DNA of 63,912 nt, counting the filler, from Dicyema japonicum (lineage: Eukaryota; Animalia; Dicyemida): the NCBI GenBank assembly GCA_011109175.1. It is 9 parts of 9 records of this genome, joined end to end, with 100 filler letters (N's around TTAATTAATTAA, not from the genome) between each part and the next. Parts side by side here need not be neighbours in the genome. Positions count along the whole stretch, not along the records: positions 7,811 to 31,818 come from RDEW01000008.1; positions 31,919 to 38,328 come from RDEW01000036.1; 7 more parts are not named here. One strand, written 5' to 3'. The notes below the pieces were generated by a model. That model saw only the letters and a program-made list of their open reading frames with translations. It was not told the DNA's origin and made no database searches. Made by a program: the position numbers and the translations under genes. Positions 24,815-37,849 of this stretch are shown here, piece after piece (positions within the stretch are counted from its first letter, which is position 1; every line of letters begins with the position of its first letter).

Positions 24815-25950
24815 TAACTATTATGGTTTTACACATGTTGCCTATAATAATTGGAAAGAAAGGGGATTTTATGGAATGTCACAGTTAGAAAAGACAAGAG
24901 CATTTATCAAGCTAGCACATACAATTTAATAAAGGTACAACTTGGGTCTGCAAGAAAAAAAGTTACATGGAGAAATCTGGTAGAATAGCTAGTGAAGATA
25001 TGACAAAAGCGGAACCCTAAGTATTCATATGTTATGGGAGAGCATTTACGGTTCTTATCAGAGTTCTTTCAAATTGGGACAGACTGAATTTAAACACAAT
25101 CGATGCATTCAGTTTTAGATTTTTCTGAGTACTTAAAAAAGATGGATGATGAGTTATATCCACCTTGAGATGAGACTAAGTTTACTAAAGACATTCCACA
25201 GTGGCCGGAGCTACATCAGCTCAACTTACTTCGATTGACCACAAATTGGTCGCGTTGCTAAATAAACTGGTGGCAAGGTTGTATCTGTCATTGGAAGTTA
25301 CTTTAGAACGTTACTATAAGTTCTAGTAACTTTTAGAAAAAGAAAGTAAAAAATTGGATAAATCGATTAAAACAATTCAACGACCACTTAAGTTAGTTAC
25401 CACGACCATACTAGGGAGGATACAGTCAAGTATGCCTCTGTCAGCGATGTTATTTCCTTCATAGCAACAAAGAGACGCTCTCCTATTTCCCGACAAGAAT
25501 TTTCCTCTAAGGAGAGCCGTTTCACGGCTATCACCCACTTGAGTTATATTCAAGAAATAACTTAATTCTTATATTAAGAAATTTTGTAGTAAAAATAAAA
25601 CAATTTTATTAAAAATTGAATATTAAAAACTTCGACTGGGCCAGTTATCTTAGTGGTCAATTGATCAGATAGGTTAAGAGGGGTACCTCTGGTGCACTAT
25701 GGCGTCTAATACATCAATGCCTTATTTCAATATGGATGTAGCATCTCGTTCCACCTCATGGATTCAAGAGACTTTGGAAATGATAACTTTATGATACATA
25801 GGTACGTCGGATGCATCTATTCATTTGTTGGGATCCTATTTGGCCTAAATTGGTGGTCCTGGAATGCCCGTCCTGATGAGGAACAGTGGAACCATTAGTT
25901 AATCCCCGACCTAAGTACGACTTTAAGAATTTATTCAATTGCTGCAGAAT
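24815..25950 (+). pseudogene. Endogenous viral element: decayed RdRp core of a segmented negative-strand RNA virus (bunya-like L protein)
   Basis: Ordered motifs across frameshifts: KERGFYGM (pre-A), LGLQEKKL, SEDMTK[W]NP (A), NWWQG at 25265-25279 (B), SDV one base from SDD at 25443-25451 (C), SSKES (D), PLELYS (E), downstream IGGPGMPV. Confidence 0.62.
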
Positions 25951-26495
25951 ACTCTCCTCCTAAAGGATTAACTGCCAACTATATTTATCGCTATTCGCTG
26001 ATCCAATTCCAATGTGATTTCCAGCAAATGATCACGTGGTTGAGAGCAAAGCTCGGACCCTTCATTCCAGGCTTGTTTTTCTTTGCCGACTTTCTAGAAG
26101 TTTTCTGTCCTTTACGATTTGATGTAATAAGTAAACTTTGGTCATTCTGTAAATGACTCCATCCTTGGTCACCAGTGGGATAATCTTCACCTGAAAATAG
26201 TAAGAAGCGAGAGCTCACACTTGTAGTACGTCTCAACTGGTAATAATAGATAATTAAGAATTCAGTGTAAGTTAAATGTGCGAATATAAAAATTTACATT
26301 CATTATAATATACGCCAATAATGGGAGTTTCCATTTTCATGGAACTGTGGAGATGGCAACAACAACAAAACGTGATCGAAATAATTTAAATTTTTTTCTA
26401 ATTTAATAAAAAAATTAAATATATAACAACTTAAATTATTTTATATTATTAATTACTGGTTGTATGATTTACAACCATGGAAGCAGAGTCTAGTG

Positions 26496-27199
26496 CAGTG
26501 GTCGGCAACCGTGGCTTCTTGAGTTTTTATGTGGCTCTTTCAATCATCACATATGTTTACTTACATCTCCAATAAAAAAATATTGTTCTTCCAAAATGTT
26601 TTTTATGTATATTTAGACCAGTAGTTCTTTTAACCATTTTGGTCTGCGAACCAAATCAATAATTAACAATTTGTTCGCGGGCCGCAAAAAATTTTTAACA
26701 AAAAAATTAAACTTTATTAACTAAAATTTATGTGAGAATTGAGTCTGCTTTCCTTCTACTATTCTTTCAAAACATGAACTCAGTTTTGATGACGACGTCG
26801 GATGATGTGAGTCTACTAAACAGAGCTTCACAAACATACGTTGATCCATATACGGACGCATTTTTATACGCCTTCGTAACCAAAGTCGGGTATTTTAAAA
26901 TTGAAATTCTATTCCAAAATTCTAATATCTGACTTGAAAATATTGCAGTGAGCTCTATATCCAACTGCATTTCAATGAGCTCCATTTGTGTTCCCCTTCA
27001 GTATAAGGTTTCATATGCTTTGCTATAAGATGACTAATCTTGCATGAAGTAATTGTAACAGATTTTGATAACATGGGCTGTTTGAACAAATTGGTTTGTA
27101 TTTTATAATTTGATTTTTCTTGATTCATCTTGAAAGGAATAATATTCTGAAGAATGATTCAAAAATTGGCTCTTTGGCTTAAAGGGGTGACGACCCCTG
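26496..27199 (-). mobile_element. Non-autonomous hAT (Charlie/Buster group) element with 8-bp TSD, containing a transposase C-terminal remnant and a nested second hAT end at 26619
   Basis: TSD GTCTAGTG at 26488-26495 and 27200-27207; TIRs CAGTGGTCGGCAACC / CAGGGGTCGTCACCC; ELIEMQ..LEFW..KYPTL..YGSTYVCEALFS (hAT dimerisation domain). Confidence 0.9.
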
Positions 27200-27575
27200 G
27201 TCTAGTGGATCAGTCGAAACTCGATCACACAGAATTAAATGTAGTATCTCGAAGGCCAATAAGAAGGATGCTCAAATTATCCCCCTGAGTAAACATCTCA
27301 TTATATGCAGGTTTAAGATGAACTCGATGCTTAATTAGCAAGCTACCTACTGCTTGTCAATTACATCATCTTCACAAGGTTCCATAAAATAGTCTTTTTG
27401 AGTATTTCATGAGGAAGTCAAGTGACATATTCTCCCAACGTGAAAAATCGTCCAGAAAAAACTAGCGTACAGGGAATGTGTCAGTACCCGAAAAAAACAC
27501 AGGGGATAGTTGTGGTCGATAATGAGAGAAGCTGGGATCACCTGACCTTACCGTAGAATAAAGTGATTTTTGGTA

Positions 27576-27855
27576 ATAACATCTATCGAGATCAAGGTCT
27601 TTTTACTTACTTCCATGAACATTTTAATATAACTGGCTTTTTAACTCCCTCATCTTCTAATGCACTCAAATACTTTATCCTTCAATTCAAGCACTTAAGT
27701 TTCGTTTGGCTGGATAAATAATAACATCTATCGAGATCAAGGTCTTTTTACTTACTTCCATGAACATTTTAATATAACTGGCTTTTTAACTCCCTCATCT
27801 TCTAATGCACTCAAATACTTTATCCTTCAATTCAAGCACTTAAGTTTCGTTTGGC
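27576..27855. repeat. 135-bp direct duplication, period 145
   Basis: 27576-27710 repeated at 27721-27855. Confidence 0.92.
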
Positions 27856-30049
27856 AAAACAATTATTTGAGGCAGACATAGCCAAACACTGTGTGTTTGA
27901 GTCATAACCCCAGGAATCAATAGAATATGTTTTAAGATGCAGTTTAGTGTCAGTGTACGATATTTGTTGAATTCTGGTTAAAACAACGAGTGAGTCTTTC
28001 GTCTCTAAAATCTCCTCGGATCATATATAAAGACATTCTTATTCAGGAAACCATACACGAAGATGATGGGTTTGTCCTTCTATAGAATTTCTCCTACAAC
28101 ATTGAAGTTTTTCACGGATGTTCTTGACTGCGTCTCCGCTGTGGACACTACTTGGGTTTACAAAGTCCCTTTTCTGCCTTCTAGACGACCATAATACGGG
28201 TCATCTTTTTTCTTGTATCAGTTCGTCTTCGATTTCTATATGTTGGATCTCTGGGTGTGTCCACACCCGAGGACTTTGTCACAGTGCACTGTTTCATTAT
28301 CGCCCCGAGAGACAGTAACCTCATGATCACCCCCTCACGGAACTCCATCTGAAGGTTCGAAAGGGTATCGTTTATTATGGAATCTGGCTACCTTTTGATA
28401 TATCACCTTCTCAAGATTTCTAATCAAAGTTTGTCCTTTTTCCTCGTTCACATAGTTCACCCACTAAACAGACCTTGCCTAAATGAAACCCCTGCAAGAA
28501 AAGCATTTCTCTTTCTAAGCTCGTGCGGCCAGATCTCTGCTACCTTTAGCACTGGATAGCCACAAGTGGCTCCCGGAGAGCACCAAATCTAAAGTAACTT
28601 AGCTTAATCTTGTCAAGGGAGATCTCTGCTTTTTTATCGAAATGTATGAACACTTTCGTGATGTTCAACCTCATCATCAATTTTAAAGCGTTCAATCTTG
28701 AACCTCGATGGAAATTCATTCTTCAAAGTGTCGAGTACACTATAGTTTAGAAATCCAGCAGGACTCCAAAGACTAACAAGACAGCTTCTTCTACTTTGGC
28801 TCTACCTGGGACATTTTATGAGGTCTAAAACTGGATTTTGTTTTTCGTCAGGCGACGATTCTTTTGGCAGGACATAGTTGTTGAAAAAGATCTTCTTACC
28901 TTCTCCCTGACCAAATCCACTGGCCAGAGTAGATATTATGAAAACTCATCCGTTAAAGAATGAATTAATGTCCCCGACGTTACGACATGCGACGAAAATT
29001 GAAGAGGGTGGACTTACTACCCCACCTCTCTTCGGAACCCTGTAATAGACTATTAGATGATGGATTAGGTCGGCACAAGCAGATGTTCTCCCTTTGGTAG
29101 AGTAGGCTGTTTAGAAAGTTGTACATTATTTTCAAAACAGTTTGACGCCGACATCTTTATTAACCTCTTTATCTCTGCCCGATGTTTTTAAGGAATTCCC
29201 GTTTTTTCTATATCCTCTTGTCCTTGGAAATAGATTAAGCTCAAAGTCTTCATGTAAGAAACCGATAATTATATTGAAGACTAACACATGATAGCGGAAT
29301 TGAATATCATCTTCCAATATCCATGGACCAATGACGAACTCAGAAAAGGTATGATATGCGAGACTTCAAATTTGATCTGATTAAAACGGTGTTCTTGTGT
29401 AAAATATTGTTTAAGAAATTTTATTTTTTAATGAATAAATTAAAAATTAAAATTTTAAATGCTTTTTTGATTGAGGTGGTACTTCCCTCTATTGAGCTTT
29501 GTGTCATTACCGTCGATCCACACCTTTAAGCTTTGGCTTATTTAACGTGCATGTAAAAAAACATAAGTTGTGACAGGATCTTCTTAAATATGGTGTATCT
29601 ATCAGCTACTTTCAAAAGACCGAAATTAGACGTCACTATATTATGAATAAATATGACTTTATTTGAACAACGAGCTATATATAATTACTCAAACAACAAA
29701 GATAGGGAATAAAGTTACTTCTGCGAAATGGCAGCTCTTTGGACATATCCTAAGAGCTTAAGAAATAGCACCAGCCAATCAGGACATGTAATCATACTTT
29801 TTGTATTAAACAAAACAACGTGTCGAGGACGACAAAGAACAACGTTGCCGTCGACGCTCGACAAAGAACTCATTTTGATAGGAAGAAAACTGAAAACAGC
29901 AAAGGATCTGGATAATCTGAAGGCACATTCGAGAAACAGGGGAGGATGGAAACGACTCACAGCGCGTGTCCAGAGATGCATGGAAACATGGAATCTCAAA
30001 TTAGTTAACTTTTCTGGTTCCGCTGAGATTGCTGTTAATAATAAGACTT

Positions 30050-30420
30050 TATTTTCCGTGAATCCGATTGCCATTAATATGGACTTGGTTTTTCCGTCCA
30101 CAAGGGGATACGGCTATTATGAGCACGATATCTCTAGTATTCCTATTATAGATATATGCCTTTACTGGGTTTTCTAGAAACTTTGAGTTCCTGGAGGAAT
30201 CTTACGCTATCCTCAACCAACTTTGCACAGGGTCTTCTCTTACTTTACTCATCATTGGGGATTTGAATGCAAAACATGTAGACTCCGGGTTGTCTCCCAA
30301 AGAAACAGGCGGAACCTTCCTAATGAGTACTTGATTCAATTTTGGAGTGGAAATTATCTGTGCAACACTATTTCCCATAAGAAAGTTCACTTCAGTAATA
30401 CGATTGATTAGTCAGAACTG
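30050..30420 (+). mobile_element. LINE APE endonuclease fragment
   Basis: LLIIGDLNAKH. Confidence 0.6.
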
Positions 30421-31307
30421 CTACAAGGCAAAGGAATATTAATGTGCGAAGATAAGCTTCCCCACCCTTATAGTGAATTTAAAACTTCCGCCGATTTTGT
30501 AGAAATTTAGGCTGGAGTTGATTCTGCCTAAATTTTAAAGGTACCCTTCTTTAAAATAATATGAAATCTCCGAGAATTCAAGGTGATGATATCTCGTCTA
30601 GAGAGTTGTACTTTGTATCAGAATTCACTAAAATATAGGTGTTTTGCTGCCATCAAGTGTCCAACTGAAAGTGTTGAGTGCTCCCACTAATCCCTTGGAG
30701 TCGTTGGCGGTCCTGGTTCAGTAAGGATTTGATTTTAGTTTGTAATTAATAAAAAATCAAGGTAAAAATTAATTTGCTTAGCTTTTTAAGTCCTGTCAAT
30801 CCCATAGTCCATATTTCCTTATTGGAATTTAAAAAATATATTATAGTGTTTTCCGACCATTAGCGTAACTTTCCCGATCAATAGTGTCACTAAATTTTTT
30901 AAAGGTAAAAATTTTTTTTTAATTTTTCATTCTCAGCCCCTCCTCTGGAAACATGTAGTTTTTTATGTGCCGAATAAATTTTCAATTGAATTGAGAAATG
31001 GTGAGCAAGGGTTAATGGAACATGACGATTGTCCGCATAATGATGAATACAGGCGTTATCAAAGATATCGAGTCTTCATAACAAAGATTTTTTAAGGATT
31101 CCAGCAAAATTAGTCATTGATGACCCAAATTAGTAATTTGTGCAAATTCTACAGGAATATAGGTAAAAAATCCTTAAACAGCTCTTCCTCTGGTCTTTAG
31201 GATACATAAAATCCAACCTCATTATAAGTTTTAAGATGTTTTTTTATTCAAAAATATATTTACCCTCTTTTTAAAACCATTTTTATTTAAATGTAAAAAA
31301 ACAAGCA

Positions 31308-31600
31308 GTTAGCAATTGCTGGCTGTTCTCATAATTGATAATACATTTCCCCTGACAATTTGCTAGGAAATCCGCTCAATGAGTAAACTCCTTTCTCTCC
31401 TATCGTTTTTCTTCTTCGGGATCCGATCCTGTTTAGCAGGGTCAGGGACCTGCTTCCAATGATTCTTGTCGTTTCGACAGTCACCGGTTCGAAGATGAAT
31501 TGTCCTCCAAGACATACGTATTTTTTATCTTTAGTGTCTCACCCTTCTCAGAGGCAGAGCCTGGGTCATTTACCCTTATCCCGTTGTTAATGAGTAGAAG
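31308..31600 (-). mobile_element. CRE-like element RLE C-terminal fragment
   Basis: PGSASEKGETLKIK, FIFEPVTVETTRIIG, ERIS*QIVRGNVLSI. Confidence 0.72.
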
Positions 31601-31918
31601 GTGACGCCATTGACTTGGAAATTCAATAATTTAACATATTTGCAGTTATGCATATTATATCACACACGTAGATTCATCTCCTGTTCTTTGTGATAACTTG
31701 AATTTTCTTCAAGGGATGCAAAAATTTACAAACTTGACAGTTTCGAAGGCCTTTTCTGATAATGTCATTCTTAACAGTAAAATGTCGTTGTCGACATTCA
31801 TATTCGATTTTTATGACTNNNNNNNNNNNNNNNNNNNNNNNNNNNNNNNNNNNNNNNNNNNNTTAATTAATTAANNNNNNNNNNNNNNNNNNNNNNNNNN
31901 NNNNNNNNNNNNNNNNNN

Positions 31919-32278
31919 CTCACTTTAAAGCTATTTCCAGTTTTCATAGCAGCTAATACTTTTCAGAGGTCAGTTGTCCGTATTTTGCGAATTTCCTCAA
32001 CCTCCTCTGAAAATTAACTAAAATTACTGACTTTCCAAGTCCTCAAATATCTCGGCTCACATGTTGTGCATCCTCTTCCAAACAATTTTGTTCTTTCATG
32101 TTGAGTTGAATTTACCTTTTTCAAATAATTTCTTAAGGAAAATCTTCTTATGTTTTGCGGTGTCTTGTAGTTTAGAATCCACTAGATTAGTAAGCTTGTT
32201 TCTAATAGAATGGGGAAGATATTTCTACTCATCTGTAGTTAAGAATAGTCGGAGTTCCCTATCTGCTGTTTCGGTCAT
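31919..32278 (-). pseudogene. Possible N-terminus of nucleoprotein TPR/Megator, disrupted
   Basis: MTETADRELRLFLTTDE*KYLPHSIRNKL resembles TPR LPKSVQNKL; 23-nt GT-AG segment followed by EQNCLE; in-frame stops. Confidence 0.3.
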
Positions 32279-32542
32279 ATTTGAAAATAACTAGTTTTAT
32301 AATTTACAAAAAGTCAACCACGACAGACAACATTTTAAATACATGTATAATTTAAAATTTTATTTTATTAATTATTCAGTTTAATTTAAATTCCTAAACA
32401 TTTTAATAAATAACATAATTCTTATTAAATATTAAGCTATCGAAAATTGAGCGGCAATTTTTTTCTATTAATTCACGCTAGCCAAGTGGTTAGTCGGTTC
32501 TTAATGTGACACCATCTCTCTATTGCTATGTTTTAGTGAGAT

Positions 32543-33073
32543 GTGAAATTGAAAATCTTAGGAGTCGCCTTTGACACGCACATGACCTTTTCCCCTCATG
32601 TCAAATATATCTCCGGAACCTGCTCAAGAGAGCTTGGTTTGATCAAATCTATTTTTGGTGGCATCAGAACCCCTCTCCCAGCATTGAAACTACTACACAA
32701 ACAATTCATTGAGCCATCTATCAGCTACGCCTGTACGTCTTGGGGAATCAACCTATCCTGGACGAACAAGCAGAAAATCAGTGATATTCAGTCCCTATCA
32801 GCTACAACTATCGACAAGCTCGTGAGAACAGTCAGTCTTACACCCACCTCTCTGGAAGACCTAATCGGACAAAATGGGAAAAGATTCGCCGCTCTTTGCC
32901 GAAAATCCAACTTCCTACAATGCTCTAATGGATTGGGTCTTACTAGAAGACTCTACATCACCCCTCTTAATTTTCTTTCAAAACTTTTTCGTCCTCAAAG
33001 AAGCTGTGTTGGATCTCTGAAGGTCCACCGTAAAAAGATGAGAGACCTGATGGAGGCGGCCGGGATCACCTAA
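32543..33073 (+). mobile_element. Jockey/I-like LINE 3' end (thumb domain to GIT*), 5'-truncated
   Basis: KILGVAFDTHMTFSPHV, LLHKQFIEPSISYACTSWG, AAGIT*. Confidence 0.82.
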
Positions 33074-33724
33074 TTAGTTTAATACAATTAAATTAACTAT
33101 TGGTGTTCTAGGGTTAAATAAATAAATGTGCACTTTACCCGACAGTTTTTCTTCGATCGTTCCATTTAACTATCAGAAGTATACTGACTTCTTTGGTGAT
33201 TTGACTTTTATTCCTTTCTCCGTGGAGACATCAATATCTCTCAAACAATTGTTTTACGCTTTCCTAAAAAAAACTTGGAAATCTTTTCTCTCTCCCTCCA
33301 GCAGAACCCTATGAACGCTGTCGCTATTCGAGAGGATTTCCATTCCACCCAAAGACGATGTAGCCCATAGCTTCTAAGTTTTAATAACTGAATATATTGA
33401 CTATTTCTTAAGTTATCAAACTTAAACGTAAAGCTCTTATTCCATAAATTTTTCATTTATTACTACTACTGACCATTTACTAGTTATAGATCTAGTCTAA
33501 ATCCCCATAAAATATTACAGCATACGAAAATCCTTAAGAAAATTATTTAATATGCCACAGTTTTCTAAAAATTATGCAGCCTAATTGAGCTTGGTTGTCA
33601 TAAGAATCTTAATAATGAAAATTATAAAACAATCAAAATGAGACATATGCCTCCATTGTTTCAAGATAGATGAAATAGGGCAGGCTGCCTCTTCGGCCAT
33701 CCATCAGACAACTAAATAAACGTA

Positions 33725-33947
33725 TCGGCCCTTAGTTCGAATCCTGCTGATTTAAATTTCGAGGTTCCACGCATCTACGTTGCTTTGGTTGACGAGTGAA
33801 CATTTCACAGAAGAACTGGATCGTCTATAAAAGTGAAGAGCATTCCTTGGTTTTTTTTCTACTATTAGTTATAGTAACTGTTTTTTACTTAAATAAAGTG
33901 TGTTCTGCCTAAGGGGAGCTATAGGTTATATGGTTCTGAGTAAAAGT
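33725..33947 (+). mobile_element. tRNA-derived SINE copy
   Basis: gttcgaatcc B-box, ggttccacgcatctacg, ttgacgagtga, agtgaagagcattccttgg, aataaagtgtgttctgcc. Confidence 0.8.
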
Positions 33948-34699
33948 GCAGTTTGTTTCTACTACAGAAATATAATATTTTATGTGCTTGTGTGGCTCGA
34001 CTGCAGGGCATCCAAAAAAGATCCATCTCTTTTCCATTCCACCAAAGTGGTTAGCGAATAAATAAATAATTATTCATCAAAAGACAAAGCTATCACTCTT
34101 TATCATTTTTACATTCCCTGCAGCACAACAATTAAAAAGTCTTCTCAGGAATCACTATTTTTACCAAGAAGAAGATCCGTTACACGACCGCCCTTAGTTA
34201 CGATGATCTCACATCCCTCGTAGAATGTTATGGAATCTCAATATAACTGAACATTGAAAAACTTCTGAAACAATACAACAGGCCTTCGAAACCAATTTGG
34301 TTCTCTTTTTTTCAACCACTAATTTCTCTCTTAACAAAAATTTTATTTGATTAGACGCCAGCTTTATTTGAGGAATTTATTATTTCTTACTTTATTAACC
34401 TCGGATACACCGACATAGAAATCAACAGTAAATATCTAGTTAATTGTATCCAGTTTCCACTTCTACAGAAACAGAGTCCATCCGGATTAAGCATAAAAGG
34501 TAAGACGTGGAAACCCCAACAGTCCATTACATGCAGTCGTGGATACTCTTCCAATGGAGTGGGGGCAAAATAGTCATGAAATTTTTAATCAGATAATTAA
34601 ATTAAAATAACTAATTTTATTTAATTAATTTTGATTTTATTGAATAAATAAAATAAATAAATTACATAAATAATATATAGTGGCTTGTTTTTTGTAGCA

Positions 34700-35236
34700 A
34701 TGTCAAATAGTGATTCATTAGAGAATAACAAGAAATACTGTAAAAGTAATTAAGTAATTTTAATTAATAGAAGTTCAGCAGGAAGAGTTAAAAGTAACAA
34801 AATAATAAAATTAGATGCCTAATAACGCGCTACTGTCACGTAGAGAACGGAGTATTATTATATAAACCTTAGTTCCAACACGAACACTGACTCCTACAGT
34901 TGTTAAGGAGTTTCAGTTTTCGGCTATTAGCACAAGAGAAGTTAAGAGTTCTATCGAAGCGGAGGAATTAAGGTATTGATTAAAGAAACACTAGAAAAAC
35001 ATTCAAGGCTTATCCTCTCAATAAAAAGATCCTAAGCCCATCTTATGTACCCCAAACCTGTGCTAAAACGCACTAAGTCTCTCATTACGAATAGAAATAT
35101 GACAGTGAATGACACTACGAATGAGGCGGTGAATAATGTCACAAATTTGAATCCACCAAGATTTAAAGCAAAACCTGTTCCCGGATCTTTATATAAATCT
35201 CACAAACAGCCAACATTACCCAAAAAACAAATTTAA
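34700..35236 (+). CDS. Compact TPX2-like protein; introns 34746-34770, 34794-34814, 34852-34872, 34973-34994; one +1 frameshift at the C-run near 35050
   Basis: Four 21-25 nt GT-AG introns splice in phase to TPTVVKEFQFS..VKSSIEAEELRKTFKAYPLNKKIL, then RFKAKPVP (TPX2-type FKA repeats). The start codon is uncertain. Confidence 0.6.
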
Positions 35237-35494
35237 CATTTTAATTTTGTTTTCATTTATTTTTCTGTTATTTTGAATGTTTATTTGAATCATTTTGTTG
35301 TGGTATGTTTTGGGAGTTTCCATGGCCAAGTAGCTAAGTGGTGAAGGGACGCAACTGATGATCCTTCCAATTAACTTTTGGGGAGCATTGGAGGCTTCTA
35401 CCATCTGTTTTAAGAACCAAGTTGTTGGGATCTTTCATTATAACAACTTCGTTCAAAGTTTCATGAGGGTAACTTTTAAATTTTTAACTTATGA

Positions 35495-35570
35495 ACCGGA
35501 CCTACCAAACAAAAAAATAAAAAGTAGAGAGCATTCCATGGTTCTTCCTTTTCTATAAGTTATCATAACA
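35495..35570 (+). mobile_element. Partial SINE body
   Basis: A-rich tract + agtagagagcattccatggttcttcc. Confidence 0.5.
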
Positions 35571-37849
35571 TTTTTTTAATAAAATTGAATAATTTATTAC
35601 GTAATCCAGCTGAGGTAATTGATTGGACAATATTGTGAAAATTAGATTTTAAAATGTTTTTATAATGTCGAATTTTAAAATATTTTCTGAAGAACGGAAA
35701 TTCAAAACATAGTTTACAAACTCAAGCATAACTCGCTGGGAAAAGTAGTCCATTTCATCAGAGGCTATATATGAGCTTCAGCATATGGATGTAGTTCTCT
35801 AGAAGAAAAAGCGCAACTTGACCGTCAAGCAGCCTTACTTTTCGTGACATGGAATAAAGATCTTTTATTTTAACAGAAGACCACTGAAGGAAACACCAGA
35901 ATAGTCAGATCCTACATGGGCCAATCAATTTACCAAATTCTTCAGCAATGGTGATTGACCATCCAGACAGTGATAACAATGTGAAAATCACAGCAGAACT
36001 AATTACTATGCTGTGGGCACACCTAGTGAAGACACACCTGTGATATGCAAGAAATTGAGATCAAATAAGAATGTTTAAATAAGCAGATTCTTTTATTTCC
36101 TCAATTTCCTCACAAATATTATAGACTTTCTTCTATTTTCTAATTTGTTAATTTTACAATCTCTAAATAATTGCTCTATTTATCACATTCCGGATATTTT
36201 CCCTTGTTCTACATAAATCCAAGGAAAAACGCATTCTTCTGTGCTTATGTTAGCTTGTGGAGTCTGTCAGCGACTTTGAGATAACGCTTTCCGTCAATTA
36301 CAGTACAATTTTCTGAATTAAGTAGACTCGAAGATCTCAATAGAAAAAAGGAAAACAAATAGTCAATTAATTAGTCACTTGGCACCACGTGGACAAATTA
36401 GCACTCTTAAAAACAAATCTAACCTTTTCAATTTTTTGAAGAAATATTTTTATTTTATTAGTGAAAATTAAACAGTACTTAATCTAGCGAGTTGGATTGC
36501 ATCTGAAGATAGCTCGAAGCTATCCGTTTTCCGCATGTGGGCCAAGTAGTTCTGACGTCACTATAGTAAATGTACAAGCAAGGGATCTTCCGAAATGCTT
36601 TGCTACTTCCTTCTCTTCCGAACCTCGCCTTGCTTAGATACATGTAATAGGTCCGAGGTAGGCTATCCATCGAAGAAACTACGAGAACTTACATCTTAAA
36701 AATACTTATAGAGTATTGTGGTTGAGCACAAGCTCGGGTTAAGGTTTCAATTAAGATTTTATATCTGTATTGAACCAACTTGTTGAGTTGAGGTGACATG
36801 TGTCAATGTGGATGTTAGAAAAGAAATGACTGACTCCAATTTGGAGAAAATTTTAAAAAGTGTAAAAATAGATTTTGAGATAAATGGATGTATAATTCAC
36901 ATAATAGATGACAAAATTTACAGCTAACAATTATAAAATAACATTATTATTGACAAAGGGTTGGTCGAAAGGAGATGAGTCAATTTTTATAAATTGGATT
37001 TTCATTTTTAATTGCTTGATTAAAAATTTAATTTATTAACCCCGAAATCACCAGAAAGAGGATAAAATTTATCGTCTAATTAAGTGATCCATACCATTAA
37101 AATGCATTTTCTCTTTGACGGGACAAGTATCACAAACGATGTTGCTTCGCACAATTGCAACATAGATCAACTGGAGAAGTTACTGGGTCTTACGTGTGTC
37201 GTGACTTTTTAGCTTATAAATTAAAAATAATATCATGACATAAGAATAAATATATACTTTTACTATAATAAAAAAATAATTAATCCGGAGGAGTTTTCCG
37301 CGAATGGTACTTCCTTCAAGTTCTAGCATGCGAAGGGCGGTGTGAAAGACCGGGATCACCTAATTTTTTCATTCTCGCTGTGACGGTGTTTTCTGGTTCA
37401 GTAAATTTAATTAAAATCGATATTTAAGTTTGACAAATAGAGAACTCATTTATAGCTAATTATAATATATTTTATTTATGTTATTCTCTGTCGTTAAAAT
37501 TAAAATTTTAAATATGACATTAATAAATTAAATTTATTTTTATTAAAATTTTCTTGTAAATATTTAAATTATTAAATCTTTTTGGTGAAGTGGTGACGTG
37601 TCGATCTTTGGGAGCGAAAGCTACGCGCCCGTTCAATAGCAGCCATCATGCTGTCCGACTTACCAGAGGTCGTTGAAAAGGTTAACAGGAAAATAATTGT
37701 GGTTCTTTTAGTTTCCAGATTGATGCTGCTATCCAATTTTTTCCACGTGAAGGTGAACCACATTGAAAATCTGGGGTAACTAAGTAACTAACTAGCTAAG
37801 GTGGTGTCGTGCCTCGCTTCTTAATTGGACAACAGTTGAGAAAAATGTC

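Noticed and set aside
17556-25172. Shared TGA in both EVE-like blocks as evidence of an alternative genetic code
   Set aside because: An adjacent frame is open in both (YIHIEK / YIHLEM), and TGA is used as a normal stop in ARP8
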